Source of the DNA: Dehalococcoidia bacterium
GTDB taxonomy: Bacteria; Chloroflexota; Dehalococcoidia; DSTF01; WHTK01
NCBI GenBank assembly: GCA_009377745.1
Contig: WHTK01000016.1
Span: 1,328 to 65,327, forward strand
Direction of reading: 5' to 3'
Length of the DNA stretch: 64,000 nucleotides
Within the stretch, counting starts at the first letter, position 1. The number at the start of each line of letters is the position of its first letter. Positions 60,450-64,000 of this stretch are shown here, piece after piece. Below the pieces are notes generated by a model. The model was given only the letters and a program-made list of their open reading frames with translations, made no database searches and was not told the origin of the DNA. The position numbers were made by a program, and so were the translations under genes.

Positions 60450-60614
60450 GCCGTCGACGCATTATCGGAGGCAGCGTGTCAAGGCCTGGCCGATGGCTTA
60501 GGATTATTTTTCGCCAGAATAGTCGACGCTTTAGAAGTAACGTTTGCATCCTATTTCCTGTCTCCTAGGTGGCTTTCTTGAGGATCTCTGGAGCCACGTG
60601 ACTGTACGCGTGTA

Positions 60615-63380
60615 TCAGGGAGTTTGAGGCGGCACCGTCGGTACGCCAGGCCCGTTATTGCCGTTCACCTGTACAATCACGCTTGCTGTGAACTGGCCAC
60701 GCGCGACGTCTTCGACGACCAGCCGTAGCGTGTAAACCCCCGGCACAAGCCCCAGCGTATTCCAAACACCGAGCGTTCCGGACTGGACCGGCAACTCCGC
60801 CTGGAGGACCTGAGACCAGGAGCGGGGGGCGGCGCCGCTGGCATACTCGAGGCGGTAGTATTTGAAGTCCTGAGAGATGGCTCGGCCAGTGATTTGCACC
60901 AGGCCTGAGAGGCTCTCTTCGGCACTGGGAGAGACGATAATTGCTGGCAGGTCGGTGGATGCACCGCCCAACGCAGGGCTTCCGAGCTTACTAGTCTCGG
61001 TCGGCGCTAGCGGTAGATTAAGGGCGCTGGCCATTTCCAGAGCGCGCCGTTTATCTTCCTCTGTCTGCATCAGATCAAAGGGCAATACGAGCATCACTTT
61101 CTCTTCGACGAACTGGTCAGGCGTGTTCGCGCTCGCGAGGAGACCGTTGCGCATATCGATCCGTAAGGGCTGCCACCAGGTGTCCATCTCCACGGGCACT
61201 CGGTCCTTGACGAAGAGGTCCTTGCTCTTGCGGCCGCAGTGCTCCGTAGGAAGGCGACCGGACGGCAGGCAAATCTCCACCTCTACCACGTCCGCCGGCC
61301 GATCGAAGCTCGTCGCTTCGATGCCCCGATGGGCGTACCTGAAAGCATCGCGCATCGCACGGTATGCGATGGATGTGCTGACGATGTCAACGATGCAGTC
61401 GTTATCAGCGTTGCCCGCCCAGATGCCCACGACGAGGTCGGGTGAGTAACCGAAGGCCCAGGTCTCGCCGATTTTGCCGGCGCAGCGATCGTCCCTATCA
61501 AACGGCTCGCTGGTGCCGGTCTTCACACCGGCCTTATAGCCACTGATAGAGATGGCGCCACAGGCGCCGAATGTCACGCAATGGGCGTTCGGATCGGAGA
61601 GGATGTCCCAAACCAGATAAGCATAGGCGGAGTCAACCACACGCTGCTCGGCGCGATGCTCCTCGATGTCAAAGCGGGTGACATCGTTGCTGTCGACGAT
61701 CTTGAGGACCGAGATGGCGTCTACCAGGCGACCGTTGTCCGTTATAGGCACCTGGCCGCGCATCATGCCGCCGTTTGCCAGCACGCCGTAGCCGTACATC
61801 ATTTCTTCCAGCGTCACGTCCACGCCACCGGTGGCGATGGCGGGGCCATAGCCACCGCCGGCGGAGCAGCGGCTGAAGGTGTCAACAAAGCCCAGCTTGC
61901 GCGTGAGATTCACGATGCTTTGCGCGCCCACGGCCGCCGCCGTCTTATTGGCGGGAACGTTAAGCGAATTGCCCAGAGCGAAGCGGAGCGTTACGGGGCC
62001 GCGGAAGTTACGACCGGGATTGGTGGGGATGAAAGCGCGGCCCAGATCGTCCACGTAGGTGACCGGAGTGTCCAGGATCAACGTGCCCGGTCCCCAGCCA
62101 AGCTCCAGAAACGAGGTCAGGTAGGCGAAGGGCTTGAAGGACGAGCCCGGAGAGTTGCAGGCTAGGACGTTGTTAACCGAGCCGTCGATGTCATCCCGGA
62201 AGTAATCGCGGCTGCCGATCATCACCAGGATCTCTCCCGATTTGGGATCTATGAGCATCATGGAGCCGTTGTGGCTGTTCGAAACCGCCTCGAACTCGAG
62301 AATCCAGCCCTCCATGATCTGCTGGATCTCTTTCTGCAGCTCGAGGTCCAGAGTCGTGGTGACTACCAGGCCATCCGTGAACAGGGAGGGGCAGCCTTCG
62401 CCGGGTCTTCGTAGCGGGGGCTCACGCTTGCCATCGATCACCTCTTGATACAGCTGTGTGAGCTGAGGGCAGTCCAGAAGCGTGCGGAGCTGCGGCTCGA
62501 TGTAGGTCAGCACCCAGTGCGGCGCCTCGATCGGGAAGCGGCGCACCCTTGCCTCGATAGGTTCAGCGCGGGCTTGGGCGAACGCCTCCGGCGTCACCTC
62601 ATAGGACTCCTTCTCGCCGATCTGAATGCGGCCCTGGCGTACCATGAGGTCGAGGATCTCATTTCGACGTGCCTCCGCCTCCTCGGGTCGGGTCACCGGG
62701 TCATAGGCGAGCGGCGACTGAGGAATGCCAGCGACGAGAGCCGCCTCCGCCAGAGTCAGGTCCTTGGCCGGCTTACCGAAGTAGCCTCGTGCGGCGGCCT
62801 CCACGCCGTAGTAGACGCCGCCGTAGCTGATCTCATTGACGTACCATTCCAAGATGCGCTCCTTGCTGTAGCGTTGCGTGAGCTCTAGAGCGTAGAACGT
62901 CTCCTTGATCTTGCGGTTGATCCCGTCCGTGCTCCACCGCTCCTGGCGGGACTCTTCGTCGATGTAGACGTTCTTCACCAGCTGCTGCGTGATCGAACTG
63001 CCGCCTGAGCCCGAGAATAGCTCGGTGCCGCTGAAGGGGCTGTTCTCCCAGGCTGCACGCAAGAGGCCCTTTACGTTGACGCCCGGGTTGGTGAAGAAGC
63101 TGTTGTCCTCGGTAGCAATGGTGGCAGCGAGGAAGGCCTCGGACACGTCTTCCAACTTGATAGGGCGACGCAGACCGGCCTCGTCGTCAACGTATTCGTA
63201 AAGCTCCCTACCGTTCCGGTCGAGGATCCGTGCCCCATAGGACGGTTGGTTGATCGCTAGCACTTCTGGTGCGACGAAGTCTTCCGCATATCTGTCATAC
63301 GTAATGATGACCGCCACGGCGAGCACGACCAGGCCACTGACGCCAAAGGCAGCAAAGGTAGCGACGAGGCAAAGCGGCAC
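60615..63380 (-). CDS. Class A penicillin-binding protein (PBP1A: transglycosylase GT51 + transpeptidase) with C-terminal extension
   Basis: N-terminal TM; GT51 motifs EDNSFFTNPGVN, GSSITQQLVKN, RKIKETFYALELTQRYSKERILEWYVNEISYGGVYYGVEAAA; TPase SxxK-region, SGN, KTG(T). Confidence 0.85.
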   Translation of the reverse strand: MPLCLVATFAAFGVSGLVVLAVAVIITYDRYAEDFVAPEVLAINQPSYGARILDRNGRELYEYVDDEAGLRRPIKLEDVSEAFLAATIATEDNSFFTNPGVNVKGLLRAAWENSPFSGTELFSGSGGSSITQQLVKNVYIDEESRQERWSTDGINRKIKETFYALELTQRYSKERILEWYVNEISYGGVYYGVEAAARGYFGKPAKDLTLAEAALVAGIPQSPLAYDPVTRPEEAEARRNEILDLMVRQGRIQIGEKESYEVTPEAFAQARAEPIEARVRRFPIEAPHWVLTYIEPQLRTLLDCPQLTQLYQEVIDGKREPPLRRPGEGCPSLFTDGLVVTTTLDLELQKEIQQIMEGWILEFEAVSNSHNGSMMLIDPKSGEILVMIGSRDYFRDDIDGSVNNVLACNSPGSSFKPFAYLTSFLELGWGPGTLILDTPVTYVDDLGRAFIPTNPGRNFRGPVTLRFALGNSLNVPANKTAAAVGAQSIVNLTRKLGFVDTFSRCSAGGGYGPAIATGGVDVTLEEMMYGYGVLANGGMMRGQVPITDNGRLVDAISVLKIVDSNDVTRFDIEEHRAEQRVVDSAYAYLVWDILSDPNAHCVTFGACGAISISGYKAGVKTGTSEPFDRDDRCAGKIGETWAFGYSPDLVVGIWAGNADNDCIVDIVSTSIAYRAMRDAFRYAHRGIEATSFDRPADVVEVEICLPSGRLPTEHCGRKSKDLFVKDRVPVEMDTWWQPLRIDMRNGLLASANTPDQFVEEKVMLVLPFDLMQTEEDKRRALEMASALNLPLAPTETSKLGSPALGGASTDLPAIIVSPSAEESLSGLVQITGRAISQDFKYYRLEYASGAAPRSWSQVLQAELPVQSGTLGVWNTLGLVPGVYTLRLVVEDVARGQFTASVIVQVNGNNGPGVPTVPPQTP

Positions 63381-63592
63381 ACTGGTCGCGCGATTCCCTT
63401 TGCGACGCGCCAGGATGCGGCGTACGTGACGCCGGTAGGTGCTAGAGATGTTAGCCTTGTGGGCGATATGTAGGTCGCGACCCGTCTTCGTGTCAGTTCC
63501 TCCAGTAAATCCGAGCAGGTTCGCCGCCCGCTCTATTTCAACCTAAGAGGGGGCGGGTGAGGACATCCTCTCCCACCCCCTCTTAATCGGCC

Positions 63593-64000
63593 TTAAGGCT
63601 TTACAGCCTTTGCCCGCCAATGCAGTGCGGCGAGCATCAAGAGAGCCGCGAGCAGGCCCGCACCTTCCCATGACGACTCGTCGTGGCGAGCAGGGTCTGC
63701 GAGACCACCCTCACCAGCACGAGGCGGGACAAAACCATTGCCGGGCGGTGTTCGCGGGATTTCCACCGGGCTAGACGGCGGTAGCGGCACCCCAACCTGG
63801 GATACGGGCGGTCGAGGCGCTGTCGGCTGAGGCGACACCGGAGCGGGTTGCGGTGTCGGCGGCTGGATGATGATGACGGTGGGCCCGCTATTCCCATGCC
63901 CATCGTCGTCACCACCGTTTCCGCCGTTACCTCCGTCACCACCGTCCGTTGGACCAGTCGGCGTGACCAGCACAAGCACCGTCGCCGTGGCCGTGAGGCC
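63593..64000 (-). CDS. Proline-rich, C-terminally membrane-anchored protein (partial, continues past window end)
   Basis: Minus strand shows an open frame to the window edge; ...PPTPQPAPVSPQPTAPRPPVSQVGVPLPP... then hydrophobic tail AGLLAALLMLAALHW. Confidence 0.4.
   Translation of the reverse strand, partial: GLTATATVLVLVTPTGPTDGGDGGNGGNGGDDDGHGNSGPTVIIIQPPTPQPAPVSPQPTAPRPPVSQVGVPLPPSSPVEIPRTPPGNGFVPPRAGEGGLADPARHDESSWEGAGLLAALLMLAALHWRAKAVKP

Noticed and set aside
1-64000. CRISPR arrays
   Set aside because: No regularly spaced 24-40 bp direct repeats seen anywhere. The only periodic repeats are protein-coding (DUF11 repeats at 45.4-47 kb, proline-rich at 63.6-64 kb) or the dispersed ParB-module and att-like repeats.

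Overview
This is a high-GC (about 65-70%) bacterial window that reads as a mosaic accessory or island region, not core genome. Family assignments below are from motif recognition by eye, not from database searches.

Contents by region:
- 0-2.4 kb: a divergent pair of a membrane-anchored LuxR-HTH regulator fused to a PD40/TolB-type beta-propeller (partial at the window start) and a PD40 beta-propeller lipoprotein.
- 3.2-5.9 kb: a truncated PHP-phosphoesterase/P-loop ATPase gene remnant, a minus-strand terminator, a tyrosine integrase, and a tRNA-Lys-like 3' fragment (att-like).
- 7.2-10.2 kb: a HisKA_3 histidine kinase (frameshifted) with a NarL-type response regulator.
- 10.3-12.9 kb: a sulfite-oxidase-fold molybdoenzyme pair separated by an in-frame TAG, then MarR and a Bcp peroxiredoxin.
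- 13.4-14.4 kb: a graveyard of gene fragments (VOC/glyoxalase, xanthine-dehydrogenase C-terminus).
- 14.9-19.2 kb: a co-directional P-II / sulfite-oxidase-fold Mo-domain / NNP-family MFS / ferredoxin nitrite-sulfite reductase (NirA-like) / P-II cluster.
- 19.5-24.8 kb: two about 200-bp direct repeats carrying ATTGTC-N-GACAA palindromes plus a tRNA 3'-end-like core, flanking an FMO, a SnoaL-like protein and an HD-GYP-LuxR regulator, followed by a degenerate full-length tRNA-like gene.
- 24.9-34 kb: a metal module (RcnR/CsoR-family repressor with a P1B-type ATPase, two ChrB-like paralogs, a CaCA exchanger), a truncated enolase, membrane proteins, a decayed YVTN beta-propeller pseudogene and a VapBC pair.
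- 34.7-44.3 kb: a frameshifted SDR, a GAF-PAS histidine kinase, an IS5-family transposase fragment, DUF1989, YqcI/YcgG, a frameshifted GT2 glycosyltransferase, a methyltransferase, DUF2243 and an unassigned 474-aa protein.
- 45.4-49.7 kb: a giant DUF11-repeat secreted protein and a secreted hypothetical.
- 50.6-59.5 kb: a tRNA-Lys 5' half next to a 17-bp perfect hairpin, a persulfide-dioxygenase-rhodanese fusion, an MFS transporter, a frameshifted 1-Cys peroxiredoxin, an ArsM-like methyltransferase, DUF1059, a second methyltransferase, an IS481 transposase remnant, a zinc-ribbon membrane protein and an aquaporin.
- 59.7-64 kb: a low-GC patch, a class A PBP1A, and a proline-rich anchored protein (partial at the window end).

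The most striking structure is a module recurring five times (about 23.5, 34.1, 44.5, 50.0 and 56.7 kb, all on the minus strand). Each copy is a small gene for a ParB-type HTH protein lacking the N-terminal CTPase domain, with a conserved palindromic upstream region and a short divergent leader ORF, and nucleotide-level similarity between copies. The copies punctuate blocks of heterogeneous cargo.

The two inverted tRNA-Lys halves share a core and an 18-bp box, pointing to integrase-mediated rearrangement of about 45 kb. Many genes carry single frameshifts or in-frame stops; this is either real decay or an indel-rich assembly.
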